From an uncultured Clostridia bacterium (GTDB lineage Bacteria > Bacillota > Clostridia > Oscillospirales > Acutalibacteraceae), in contig CAMVQZ010000002.1 in NCBI GenBank assembly GCA_947169745.1, positions 2,208-66,207 on the forward strand: 64,000 nucleotides of DNA, given 5' to 3'. The notes beneath the pieces are model-generated. The model had not been told where the DNA came from. It saw only the letters and a list, made by a program, of their open reading frames with translations, and made no database searches. Within the stretch, counting starts at the first letter, position 1. The number at the start of each line of letters is the position of its first letter. The position numbers and the translations under genes are program-made. Shown piece by piece: positions 1 to 8,814 of this stretch.

Positions 1-2100
1 TGCCGGAGAAGTATTTTCTTCCTGGGAAGAGGCAGCTCCGTTATCATCCGCCGGAGAAGTATTTTCTTCCTGAGACGGTTCTTCAGTATTGCCGCTGTTT
101 TCTTTCTTATCCTTATTTTTCTTATCAAGACCAAAATATTCCGTCATAATCTTTTTTGCCACATTTACTGCAACATAGCTCTTTGCTCCGTGCTCCACCA
201 TTACAGCAATTGCTATCTGGGGATCCTTATATGGTGCAAAGCAGATAAAATTCGCATGATCAGATCCGCTGTTTTCAGCTGTGCCGGTTTTTCCTGCTAT
301 CTGCAAGGGAAAATCCAGCAGGGACTCATAGGTATTGGCAGCCATATTCATTCCCTTTGTGACATTATCCAGGTTTTCCCTGCTCACTCCGAAATGGTCA
401 ATAACCTCCGCCTTACTCTGATATATCACCTTGTCCCCCGAATATGATACTATCTTATCAACAACATGGGGCTTCAGCCTTGTGCCTCCGTTTGCCAGGG
501 TTGCGGCATAGGTAGCGAGCTGAATTGGTGTGAACTGGTTATCCGACTGTCCGATACCTGCGGGAGAAACTGAGCTTTCCAGCCAGTCTGTACCCATCAT
601 TTCGCTGAATTCAGGTCCTGCAAGAGTACCGGAGCTTTCTCCGGTTTCGATACCCGTCTTGACACCGAGACCAACTCGCCGGGAATAATCATTCATTTTC
701 TTTATGCCAAGAAGTCTCGCTGTCTCTGCAAAAAACACATTGCACGAATCCCGGATACCCTCAAATACATTTATGCTTCCGTGAGAGCTCATACACCGCA
801 GACGCAGCCCGTTTTTGGTATATATACCATCACATTCAATATGAGTTTTTGTATTTATTGCCTTTTCCTGAAGCGCAGCCGACGCCACCATAGGCTTAAA
901 GGTTGAGCCGGGGGCAAGAGCGCTGTAAAAGGCCCTGTTCACCAGCGGAAGAGCTTTGTTTTCCGCAAGCTTTGTATAATCCTTATAGTAATTTTTCAGG
1001 TCATAGCTGGGATAGCTTGCAGCGCAAAGAACTGAAAAATCCTTTACATTCAGTACCACCACCGAAGCTCCCACGCAATCCTCGCCTGTATGCTTTTCCC
1101 CGGTCGACTTTGAATAGGCCTTAGCCTCCTTGACAGCCTCCTCAAGAGCCTTCATTGCAAGATCCTGATATTTGATATCGATTGTGAGATAAACAGAATT
1201 TCCCGGTCTGGAGTTCTCTGTTCTTATCAGCTCCACCTTGTTTTCAGGTCCCACATTATATGTCTTGCTTCCGGGTTTTCCCTTGAGCTGATCCTCAAAA
1301 GCGCTTTCCACTCCGCTTTTTCCCACCTCGTCTGTATATCCGTAGCCCTTGGATTTCAGATCCTTATATTCGTCCTCTGAAATCAGACCTGTGATTCCTA
1401 CAATATGAGGAGCCGACTTGCTGTTTTCATATTTTCTCACTGCCACCGACTGGGTTTCTATCCCCTTGACAGACTGCATTTTTTCAGAGATCAGACTCAT
1501 TGAGCGTTCGCTTATATCATCAGCAAAAACATAGGGGTTTCCCTTTGAGTATCCCGTTTTGTCCATATTATACCTGACGCTGATTATATTTCTGGCAAGC
1601 CGGGTGGCATATTTTTCGCAGCCGTATTTTTCCACCAGTCTCATCATACATTCCTCTGCGGTGGAATACGGATTCATATTCAGATTATCCTTACTTTTCA
1701 GTTCTTCGATTTCTTCTTCCTTTTTCCCGGCAAAGCTATAATTGCCCTTGCTGTCCATATTTATAGGCAGCTCGTCTATCCATTTGCTCCCGGATCTTTC
1801 CAGAAGGTCAAGCAGCTGCGAAATATATTCATTCAGTTCCTCATCAGGCATATACAGCTTGTTAATGCTGACCCTGTACCCGGTCTTGTTCACGGCTAAC
1901 TCTTTGCCGTTTACATCAAATATTTCTCCCCTGACCGCATCGGTCTGGATAGTATATTCAGTAGATGTCAGGGCGATATCCTCATAGTATTCGTGCTGAC
2001 CAAGCTGCCACTGTGCAAGACGGGCGCAAAAAACCGCAGCGGCTGCCACCACTACAGTTATCATAAACGCATATCTCCATTTTTTGCCATTCGTTTCCAT
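1..2100 (-). CDS. mrdA: Penicillin-binding protein 2 (class B transpeptidase of the elongasome); 3' end runs off the window
   Basis: Absent from the ORF track because there is no stop in the window. My minus-strand translation starts at ATG 2100, with an AAAGGAG RBS 7 nt upstream. It gives METNGKKWRYAFMITVVVAAAAVF (membrane anchor), GSTFKP (SxxK), SCN (SxN) and KTGTAE (KTG). The gene lies directly after mreD. Confidence 0.85.
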   Translation of the reverse strand, partial: METNGKKWRYAFMITVVVAAAAVFCARLAQWQLGQHEYYEDIALTSTEYTIQTDAVRGEIFDVNGKELAVNKTGYRVSINKLYMPDEELNEYISQLLDLLERSGSKWIDELPINMDSKGNYSFAGKKEEEIEELKSKDNLNMNPYSTAEECMMRLVEKYGCEKYATRLARNIISVRYNMDKTGYSKGNPYVFADDISERSMSLISEKMQSVKGIETQSVAVRKYENSKSAPHIVGITGLISEDEYKDLKSKGYGYTDEVGKSGVESAFEDQLKGKPGSKTYNVGPENKVELIRTENSRPGNSVYLTIDIKYQDLAMKALEEAVKEAKAYSKSTGEKHTGEDCVGASVVVLNVKDFSVLCAASYPSYDLKNYYKDYTKLAENKALPLVNRAFYSALAPGSTFKPMVASAALQEKAINTKTHIECDGIYTKNGLRLRCMSSHGSINVFEGIRDSCNVFFAETARLLGIKKMNDYSRRVGLGVKTGIETGESSGTLAGPEFSEMMGTDWLESSVSPAGIGQSDNQFTPIQLATYAATLANGGTRLKPHVVDKIVSYSGDKVIYQSKAEVIDHFGVSRENLDNVTKGMNMAANTYESLLDFPLQIAGKTGTAENSGSDHANFICFAPYKDPQIAIAVMVEHGAKSYVAVNVAKKIMTEYFGLDKKNKDKKENSGNTEEPSQEENTSPADDNGAASSQEENTSPA

Positions 2101-2119
2101 TCAGGTACTCCTTTGGTAT

Positions 2120-2626
2120 TCACTCTACAGAGGTCTTTGCGGCAAAAAACCTGTTTATTCCATAAAATACAGGGACAAAAGCCCAGGTATAAATTATCCT
2201 TGAAAGATAGTGGGAAACAAAATATCCCCAGACATAGCCGTATCCCATAGCTACATAGAACAGCAGAAACTGTCCGAATATTATAACCGGGATGCTTATT
2301 GTTGCGATTATCATCGCTGTAAGAAGATTTGTCCGGATATAATTCTCCAGAAGTCTGCTGGTAACATAGCAAAGTATTGCCAGCATTATTCCATAATACC
2401 CCATCGGGCCGCTGTAGCCTGAATCTGAAAGCAGTCCGCATATGACGCCGACAACGATCGCCGGTATCTCTCCCACAAAAAGTGCAACTGTCAGAGCCAC
2501 AGGTATCAGAAGCACAGGTCTGCCGCCGTATACCTCAAGGCTGAGGGCAGGGACAGACTGCAATATATAGCACACAAGTATTTCAAGAGAAAACGCCGTA
2601 TATTTTACAATACTCAATTTATTCAT
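2120..2626 (-). CDS. mreD: Rod shape-determining protein MreD
   Basis: 168-aa polytopic membrane protein immediately downstream of mreC and mreB; size and hydrophobic pattern are typical of MreD. Confidence 0.8.
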   Translation of the reverse strand: MNKLSIVKYTAFSLEILVCYILQSVPALSLEVYGGRPVLLIPVALTVALFVGEIPAIVVGVICGLLSDSGYSGPMGYYGIMLAILCYVTSRLLENYIRTNLLTAMIIATISIPVIIFGQFLLFYVAMGYGYVWGYFVSHYLSRIIYTWAFVPVFYGINRFFAAKTSVE

Positions 2627-2721
2627 AAAAACTCTCTCAGTTTGATTTATTATTTCATCCGGCAGCGCCAGACTGCCGCAGACGATAGCCGGCTTATTTC
2701 AGATGCTCTGAAATGCTGCTT

Positions 2722-3582
2722 TCAGTTCTTGCTGCTCTCCTCACCGGAATATTCATTGATCTCACCCTTGCCGCTGAAATCAACAACTATCACAGCAGAG
2801 GTAGTCTTTGTCACGTCCTCAAACGGTCGGACAACTGCCACCGGCATTCCCGCATAATCATAAGCAAGGCTGCTCACAGTTCCGATTTTTATATTCCGGG
2901 GATACATTCCTCCGTATCCGGAGGTCACTATTATATCCCCCACCTTGATCGTATTATCTGTTGATATATTCTTTATGAGAACTGTTCCCTGCTCGCTGTA
3001 TTCAGCATCTCCGGCAATCACGCCCTCATCCCCTGTTCTTTTATCAACTGCGCTTACCGAAGCATCGGGAGACAGAAGGGGAGTAACCTTGCAGGTCTTG
3101 AAGCTGACCTCGCTTACATAGCCTGCAAGTCCGTTTTCTGTCATTACCGGGTCACCGACGCTGATACCGTCATCTGAACCCTTATCCAGGATAAAGCCAT
3201 AGAAATTTTCATTCGGATCTCTGGAAATAACCTTTGACGGCACCAGAGTAAAATCCTTGTTTTTCTTTTTTATGTCATAGAACTTATAAAGCTCTTCATT
3301 TTCCCTTTTCGTTTCATAATATTCCACAAGCATATCATTGAGCCTGCGGTTTTCTTCCTTCAGACGCTTGTTTTCCTCATCCAGCTCCTTTGCATCACCG
3401 GGGGACTTTACACTTCCCTCAGCATTGCCTGTAACATCGGCAGCCACTCTCTGGAGAGGAGTCAGCACATATCCTGTCAGAAATCCGTTTACGGCCTTAT
3501 TTCCCGACGTTATGAGAGCGAGTACAAGAATTATACACACAGTGGTAAGCAGTACCTTGAATCCGTTCCTTGATGACTTCAC
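2722..3582 (-). CDS. mreC: Rod shape-determining protein MreC
   Basis: 286 aa with an N-terminal TM segment, a coiled coil (EENKRLKEENRRLNDML) and a beta-rich C-terminal domain; positioned between mreB and mreD. Confidence 0.85.
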   Translation of the reverse strand: MKSSRNGFKVLLTTVCIILVLALITSGNKAVNGFLTGYVLTPLQRVAADVTGNAEGSVKSPGDAKELDEENKRLKEENRRLNDMLVEYYETKRENEELYKFYDIKKKNKDFTLVPSKVISRDPNENFYGFILDKGSDDGISVGDPVMTENGLAGYVSEVSFKTCKVTPLLSPDASVSAVDKRTGDEGVIAGDAEYSEQGTVLIKNISTDNTIKVGDIIVTSGYGGMYPRNIKIGTVSSLAYDYAGMPVAVVRPFEDVTKTTSAVIVVDFSGKGEINEYSGEESSKN

Positions 3583-3750
3583 CTGATATTACACCTCCTG
3601 AGACCTTATACAGAGAAAAACAAGGAATCACTGAGGCGATCCTGCGGCAGGGTATGATCCCTCAGCCGAAGGATAGTATCTATCCAGCGATCCCTTCAGG
3701 GAATAAGCAGTCCTCTGCTTTTCCCGGATACTGCGTCATCCGTTTCCGGA

Positions 3751-4752
3751 TCATTTTTTTCTGCCCCTGCTTTTCTGTCCGAAATAATCAAGTCTCATTC
3801 CGGCGCCGTCTGCAACACAGTCAAGGGGTCTTTCTGCTGTGCGAACCGGCATTTTTGTTTCCTGAGCCACCAGAAGGTCAAGCCCTCTGAGCAAAGCTCC
3901 GCCGCCTGTGAGCATAATGCCGTTGTCGATAATATCTGCTGAAAGCTCCGGAGGAGTCTGTTCAAGTGTGTTCTTGATAGCATCAATTATGACCAGGAGC
4001 GGATCTGCAAGAGCGTCTCTAACTTCCGGCGCGGATATCACAATATCCTTCGGCAGTCCGTCGCCCAGGTTTCTTCCCTTCACTTCCATCCTGCCCTCTC
4101 CCTCATAGGGATAAGCGGAGCCGATGCCGATTTTAATCTCTTCGGCAGTCCTCTCTCCGATCAGGAGGTTGTAATTCTTTTTAACATACTGAATAATTGC
4201 CTCATCGAATTTATCTCCGGCAACTCTTACAGAACAGGAGGTTACAGTATCGTCGAGAGAAATAACAGCCACCTCTGAGGTGCCTCCGCCGATATCCACC
4301 ACCATACTGCCAACCGGCTCCATCACCGGGAGACCTGCGCCTGTTGCGGCCGCCATAGGCTCATCCACCAGCTCTATCTGCTTTATTCCGGCTCTGTGCA
4401 TTGCATCCTCCACAGCTCTTCTCTCAACATCAGTCACACCGGAGGGTATGCATACAATGACCCTCGGCTTACTGAAAAGAGACGGCTTGACTACCATCCT
4501 GATAAAATTGTGGAGCATTGTTGTCGTAATATCAAAATCTGCGATAACTCCGTCCTTGAGAGGCCTTACAGCTACTATAGAGCCCGGAGTCCTGCCTATC
4601 ATATCCTTTGCCTTTCTTCCCACTGCTACTACTGAATCCGTCCTGACATCCACTGCCACAACAGACGGCTCTCTCAGCACTATTCCCTTGCCCCTGACAT
4701 AGACAAGAGTATTGGCAGTGCCAAGATCTATCCCTATATCCTTTGAAAACAT
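3751..4752 (-). CDS. mreB: Rod shape-determining actin homologue MreB
   Basis: Actin-fold motifs [11 protein letters not shown] and [15 protein letters not shown] prefer the start at ATG 4752 (M16 of the track ORF), which has an AGAGGG RBS upstream. Confidence 0.95.
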   Translation of the reverse strand: MFSKDIGIDLGTANTLVYVRGKGIVLREPSVVAVDVRTDSVVAVGRKAKDMIGRTPGSIVAVRPLKDGVIADFDITTTMLHNFIRMVVKPSLFSKPRVIVCIPSGVTDVERRAVEDAMHRAGIKQIELVDEPMAAATGAGLPVMEPVGSMVVDIGGGTSEVAVISLDDTVTSCSVRVAGDKFDEAIIQYVKKNYNLLIGERTAEEIKIGIGSAYPYEGEGRMEVKGRNLGDGLPKDIVISAPEVRDALADPLLVIIDAIKNTLEQTPPELSADIIDNGIMLTGGGALLRGLDLLVAQETKMPVRTAERPLDCVADGAGMRLDYFGQKSRGRKK

Positions 4753-4944
4753 ATTATCCCTCTTCCTGAACCTGTTCGTTTCTGGTCTCAATATCAATAA
4801 CTGAATAATTTTCCTTATATATTATACCCTCAGCAATTATCAATCTCAATATCAAAATGGTTATATTTACAAGTTTTGCTGTAATACTCAAAAACAGTTT
4901 TTTAATATGTTCAATTTTGTTTATTTTTTCAGGCACATTTATTT

Positions 4945-5150
4945 GCGGTGCGTGCTCGCACTGAGCGATTCTCGGCGGAGTGCCTCCGCTCTCCATTTCA
5001 CGTAATCGCTCGATCGTGTTTGAATATACTTTCGTGCCGCGGCATCCGGGCAGCGTGACGCTGCACCCCCTACAGGCTGCTTTTCGCGGCTGGTTTATTC
5101 TGACCTCCGGCTTTCCACTCCCCCGGCATTGAGCGCCTGCCTTTGTAGTC
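4945..5150. repeat. Mosaic intergenic repeat, family 1, copy A
   Basis: Shares modules with copies at 21966-22256, 51446-51660 and (inverted) 15832-16047. Shared modules include GGCAGCGTGACGCTGCACCC, CGTGCCGCGGCATCCGG, CAGGCTGCTTTTCGCGGCTGGTTT and TGAGCGCCTGC. Confidence 0.8.
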
Positions 5151-5226
5151 AGTATCCGTCACGCATAAGCTCACAATAAATGGAGCAAAGCGACAACCAC
5201 AATTATTATTTATTCTTTTTTTCTTT

Positions 5227-5399
5227 AGGCAACACCGCACAAAGACCGCCTGACGGCTTTGCACGCCATCTTTCGGCAAATTTTCCGTCATTTTCGCCAA
5301 AATCTCCTTGAAATACGTCAGTATTCCTGCGTCGATTTTGTCAATCTGACAAAAAATTATGCTCGAAATCTGACGCGCAATCTCTGTGCGGTGTTGCCT
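5227..5399. repeat. 173-bp segment bounded by 15-bp perfect terminal inverted repeats (MITE-like)
   Basis: AGGCAACACCGCACA at 5227-5241 and its exact reverse complement TGTGCGGTGTTGCCT at 5385-5399. Both flanks are T-rich and similar (TTTTTCTTT / TTATTCTTT). Confidence 0.6.
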
Positions 5400-5489
5400 T
5401 TATTCTTTATTATTCGTTTCCGGTAACAGTATAATTGTTTTACCCAGCTCTCCTGAAAACATCTTAAAGTCAGCATCATTCAGGCATGA

Positions 5490-5933
5490 TCAGAGCTTTC
5501 CGCTGGAACCGAAACCGCCCTCGCCTCTTTCGGTCTCATCCAGGTCTGCAACCTCGGAAAAAGGCGCGCATATAACAGGCATAATGACCATCTGGGCTAT
5601 TCTTTCGCCGGGGGTAACTGTATAGGGCTTATCAGAAACATTGCACAGACCCACACATATTTCTCCCCTGTAATCGCTGTCCACAACTCCTACACCGTTT
5701 GAAAGGCATATACCGTGTTTGACACCAAGACCGCTGCGGGCAAAAAGAAATGCAGCACAGCCGCTGTCCTCCAGGCCTATTGCAAGACCTGTAGGTATCA
5801 TCGCAAGACCGCCGGGAGCGATCGTAACCTCATCATCTATGCAGGCATAAAGATCCGCTCCTGCGGAACCGGGAGTAGCCCTGCGGGGTATAACTGCGTT
5901 TTCCCTGAGTTTTTTTATTTTTATCTCATTCAT
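5490..5933 (-). CDS. dut: dUTP diphosphatase
   Basis: 147 aa with the trimeric dUTPase motifs GSAGADL, GVVDSDYRGE and RGEGGFGSSG. Confidence 0.95.
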   Translation of the reverse strand: MNEIKIKKLRENAVIPRRATPGSAGADLYACIDDEVTIAPGGLAMIPTGLAIGLEDSGCAAFLFARSGLGVKHGICLSNGVGVVDSDYRGEICVGLCNVSDKPYTVTPGERIAQMVIMPVICAPFSEVADLDETERGEGGFGSSGKL

Positions 5934-5954
5934 TTTGTTTTCCTCACTTTACAG

Positions 5955-8018
5955 TCATTCAACTCCCCGGTAATAAAGGCCTCTTGTATACTGACCTTCA
6001 GGGAGACGGCCGCTTTTAAAGCATTCCAGCATATCTCTTTTTTCCCGGAGGTTTTCTGTTGAAAATCTTATCACTTCAAAATCTATTCCCTGAAGCTCCC
6101 TTTTTCTGTCCGCAAGGGTCAGGGGAACACTATTGAGTATTTCGGTACAGGAACCCATACACTGCATAGGAAATTCAATGCCTTTTCTGTCTGTGAGAAC
6201 GGGAGCCCTGCGACAGTGCTTACAGCCTTTTCCGTCATTCTGAGCAGGGCAGTTCCTGGTCAGCATAAGGGGAAGCCTTCCTGCCGAGATAACGCCCACA
6301 GGCATCACCCCTCCGAGAGCTGAGATCTGTTCCAGCGTCAGCTCAAAGGATACCTCGCAGTCCTTTACACCCATTGAAGCGTAAAACAACAGCGCTTCGG
6401 TATTGGTTATATTCAGTCCGAAGCCTCCGTGTATTTCCATACCAAGCTCCCTTGCCATTTCCACAGCGCCGATATTCCCTGCAAGTACTTCATTTATCCC
6501 CAGTTGTTTTATCTCCCGGAGTCGGTGGAATATCCTGTTTTCTATCCCGAAAAGTCCCCTGGGTATTTCCGCTGCAACAGAAAAGCCCTTGTCCAGAAGC
6601 CTTCTGATCTCATCATCTGCCGCAGAACAGGGAACATACAAAAGCTCGCAGTCAGCTCCATCCTCAGGTATATCTGTATCAACAGCCCTTATCCTGTATC
6701 TGTCGGGCAGCTTTCTGCCCCTTGTTCCTGTCTCCTGAATTTTACAGTCAGAAAAAGGAACAGGTCTCAGTCGTTCTCTTTTTGCGCTTATTTCATCAAG
6801 GCACTCTGCTCTCATTCGCTTCAGCTGTGCTGCCGGCAGGGTAAGCCCCGGATCCAGCCCGCATCTCAGGCTCCGCATAAAATACGGCGTACCGCCTGTC
6901 TTACCTATGCTTTTTTCACAAAGCTCCTTATCCAGAGATCTGTTTACTGCCCTTTCCGGGATATCTCCCACGCACTCAGCCCGGTTACCCGAATCATCAG
7001 AGGCTGTAAGGCTGCTGCTTTTATTTTCCCTTATCTCCAGAGAAAAATCCACCGGAATATGACTTCTTTCTTTTTTATATAGTCCGTGTATAAATCCGAA
7101 AACACTTTTATCGGCAGCATCCACATTTTCCTTTGAACGGACACCGAACATCTTAGGTCCCAGCCTTCCTTTATAATATCCGTCAGTAAAGCCCGATCTG
7201 GAAAAAACCGCCGTAAGCTTGTTATAAAGCTCCTCTGAAACAAAGCCCTCGTCAAGACTTTGTCTGCAGGCTGCGACTGCAGCAGCCACATATTCAGGTC
7301 TCTTCATCCTGCCCTCTATCTTTGCGCTGGCTATTCCCATCTCCTGCAGCTCGCGAAGCTCCGGAATAAGGGAAATATCCCTCAGACTCAGGTCGTGTCC
7401 GCTGCCTCCTCTCACAGAAAAAGGAAGTCTGCAGGGCTGGGCGCAGGAGCCCCGGTTTCCGCTCCTTGACCCCAGCATGGCGCTGAAATAGCACTGCCCG
7501 GAAACGCTCATACACAGTGCTCCGTGGACAAATACCTCCAGCTCCACAGGACAATCCTTTGCTATTTCTTCTATCTCAGTTTTTGAAAGCTCTCTGGAAA
7601 GCACAACCCTTGTAAGTCCTGCTTTATAGAGAGCCTCTACTCCCTTTCTGGTATGCACAGAGAGCTGTGTTGAGCCGTGTACAGGAAGCTCCGGCGCCCA
7701 TTTTCTTATCAGGGATATTATCCCGGTATCCTGAACAATAACAGCATCTATACCCAATTCGCAGGCATATTTTATCAGATCCCTGACGCCGTCTCTTTCC
7801 TCGTCACGGATAAGAGTATTGCACGCAAGATGAACAGCCACACCATTCAAATGACAATACTGAACAGTACGTCTGAGCTGTTCCCTGTCGAAATTGTGGG
7901 CTGAGGATCTGGCGCTGAAATCTGTGGCTCCAAGATAAATGGCGTCCGCCCCGCTTCTTACTGCAGGTATTACAGACGCCTCTCCGCCGGCAGGGGCAAG
8001 AATCTCAAGTCTTTTCAT
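5955..8018 (-). CDS. Peptidase U32 family protein (collagenase-like, long form)
   Basis: U32 signature ELEVFVHGALCMSVSGQCYFSAMLGSRSGNRGSCAQPCR; 687 aa with a C-terminal extension. Confidence 0.85.
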   Translation of the reverse strand: MKRLEILAPAGGEASVIPAVRSGADAIYLGATDFSARSSAHNFDREQLRRTVQYCHLNGVAVHLACNTLIRDEERDGVRDLIKYACELGIDAVIVQDTGIISLIRKWAPELPVHGSTQLSVHTRKGVEALYKAGLTRVVLSRELSKTEIEEIAKDCPVELEVFVHGALCMSVSGQCYFSAMLGSRSGNRGSCAQPCRLPFSVRGGSGHDLSLRDISLIPELRELQEMGIASAKIEGRMKRPEYVAAAVAACRQSLDEGFVSEELYNKLTAVFSRSGFTDGYYKGRLGPKMFGVRSKENVDAADKSVFGFIHGLYKKERSHIPVDFSLEIRENKSSSLTASDDSGNRAECVGDIPERAVNRSLDKELCEKSIGKTGGTPYFMRSLRCGLDPGLTLPAAQLKRMRAECLDEISAKRERLRPVPFSDCKIQETGTRGRKLPDRYRIRAVDTDIPEDGADCELLYVPCSAADDEIRRLLDKGFSVAAEIPRGLFGIENRIFHRLREIKQLGINEVLAGNIGAVEMARELGMEIHGGFGLNITNTEALLFYASMGVKDCEVSFELTLEQISALGGVMPVGVISAGRLPLMLTRNCPAQNDGKGCKHCRRAPVLTDRKGIEFPMQCMGSCTEILNSVPLTLADRKRELQGIDFEVIRFSTENLREKRDMLECFKSGRLPEGQYTRGLYYRGVE

Positions 8019-8020
8019 TA

Positions 8021-8509
8021 TTATACCTTGCCTCTGTTATCAAAGAATGATAAATTATCCTCTGCTTCCTCATCGGAGGAGCTTTTCTTTCTCACGGCCT
8101 TTACGGAATGAGACAGGGGCGCCGGATCTGAGGAGGTCTTTGCTTTCTCTCCCAGACGCTTGCGATAGGTCTCCATATCCTTTTTCAGCTTTTCGTTTTC
8201 TCTTTCAGCCTCTTCATATGCCGAACGGTATTTTGCTGCCTCATTGAGATATTCCTTTATCTGGAGGCGCAGCATATCTGCATCCTCCTCTGCCTTTGTC
8301 ATATTATCGCATATATTGAGCGCAGCAAGCATCACTGCCGAAGGAAGAGTAAGCCCCGGAGCTGCCCTGCGGACTGCTGATATCTCAGAATTCACCCTGT
8401 CGGCTACCTTATGGGTATATTCCTCGTTCTCAACGCTCAGGACTGTAAATCTTGTCCCTGCAATTTCTATCCTTATTCTGTTCTTGTTCTGCTTTTCCAT
8501 AATTGCCAC
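8021..8509 (-). CDS. zapA: Cell division protein ZapA with a long charged C-terminal extension
   Basis: The N-terminal region RIRIEIAGTRFTVLSVENEEYTHKVADRVNSEI...LNICDN resembles ZapA. It is followed by a coiled-coil, charged tail. Confidence 0.7.
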   Translation of the reverse strand: MAIMEKQNKNRIRIEIAGTRFTVLSVENEEYTHKVADRVNSEISAVRRAAPGLTLPSAVMLAALNICDNMTKAEEDADMLRLQIKEYLNEAAKYRSAYEEAERENEKLKKDMETYRKRLGEKAKTSSDPAPLSHSVKAVRKKSSSDEEAEDNLSFFDNRGKV

Positions 8510-8678
8510 CCCAAATCAGAGAAATGTATATAATGATTATAATACATTTCGGCAAAATATAAAAGCTTTCTGCGATAATTATATTAAACTTTTTTAAATT
8601 ATCAGATAAATCTGCCGCTGTAAACCGTCGTATTATAAATATTCAACATCAAATCGTCATTTTTATTTCAGATTTTAG

Positions 8679-8707
8679 TTGAATTTTTATTAATTATGGT
8701 TTATAAT
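8679..8707 (+). promoter_or_regulatory. Sigma-A type promoter for glgP
   Basis: TTGAAT (8679-8684), a 17-bp spacer, then TATAAT (8702-8707), about 110 nt upstream of the glgP start. Confidence 0.5.
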
Positions 8708-8814
8708 AGATTAGTATTGTTTTTAGTGACCAAAAACCCTATAAGCAATTAATTTATAAAAAAGGAACCATACCGGTCTTTTCCGGTATGCTGGGAAAAC
8801 AGGAGGTTTTATTA

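Noticed and set aside
6374-7554. Several 77-217-aa ORFs on both strands inside the U32 peptidase gene (for example 6429-7082 +)
   Set aside because: They lie entirely within, or antisense to, a long motif-bearing gene. Their composition is low-complexity or odd (Ser/Pro/Cys-rich) and they have no RBS. These are shadow ORFs.
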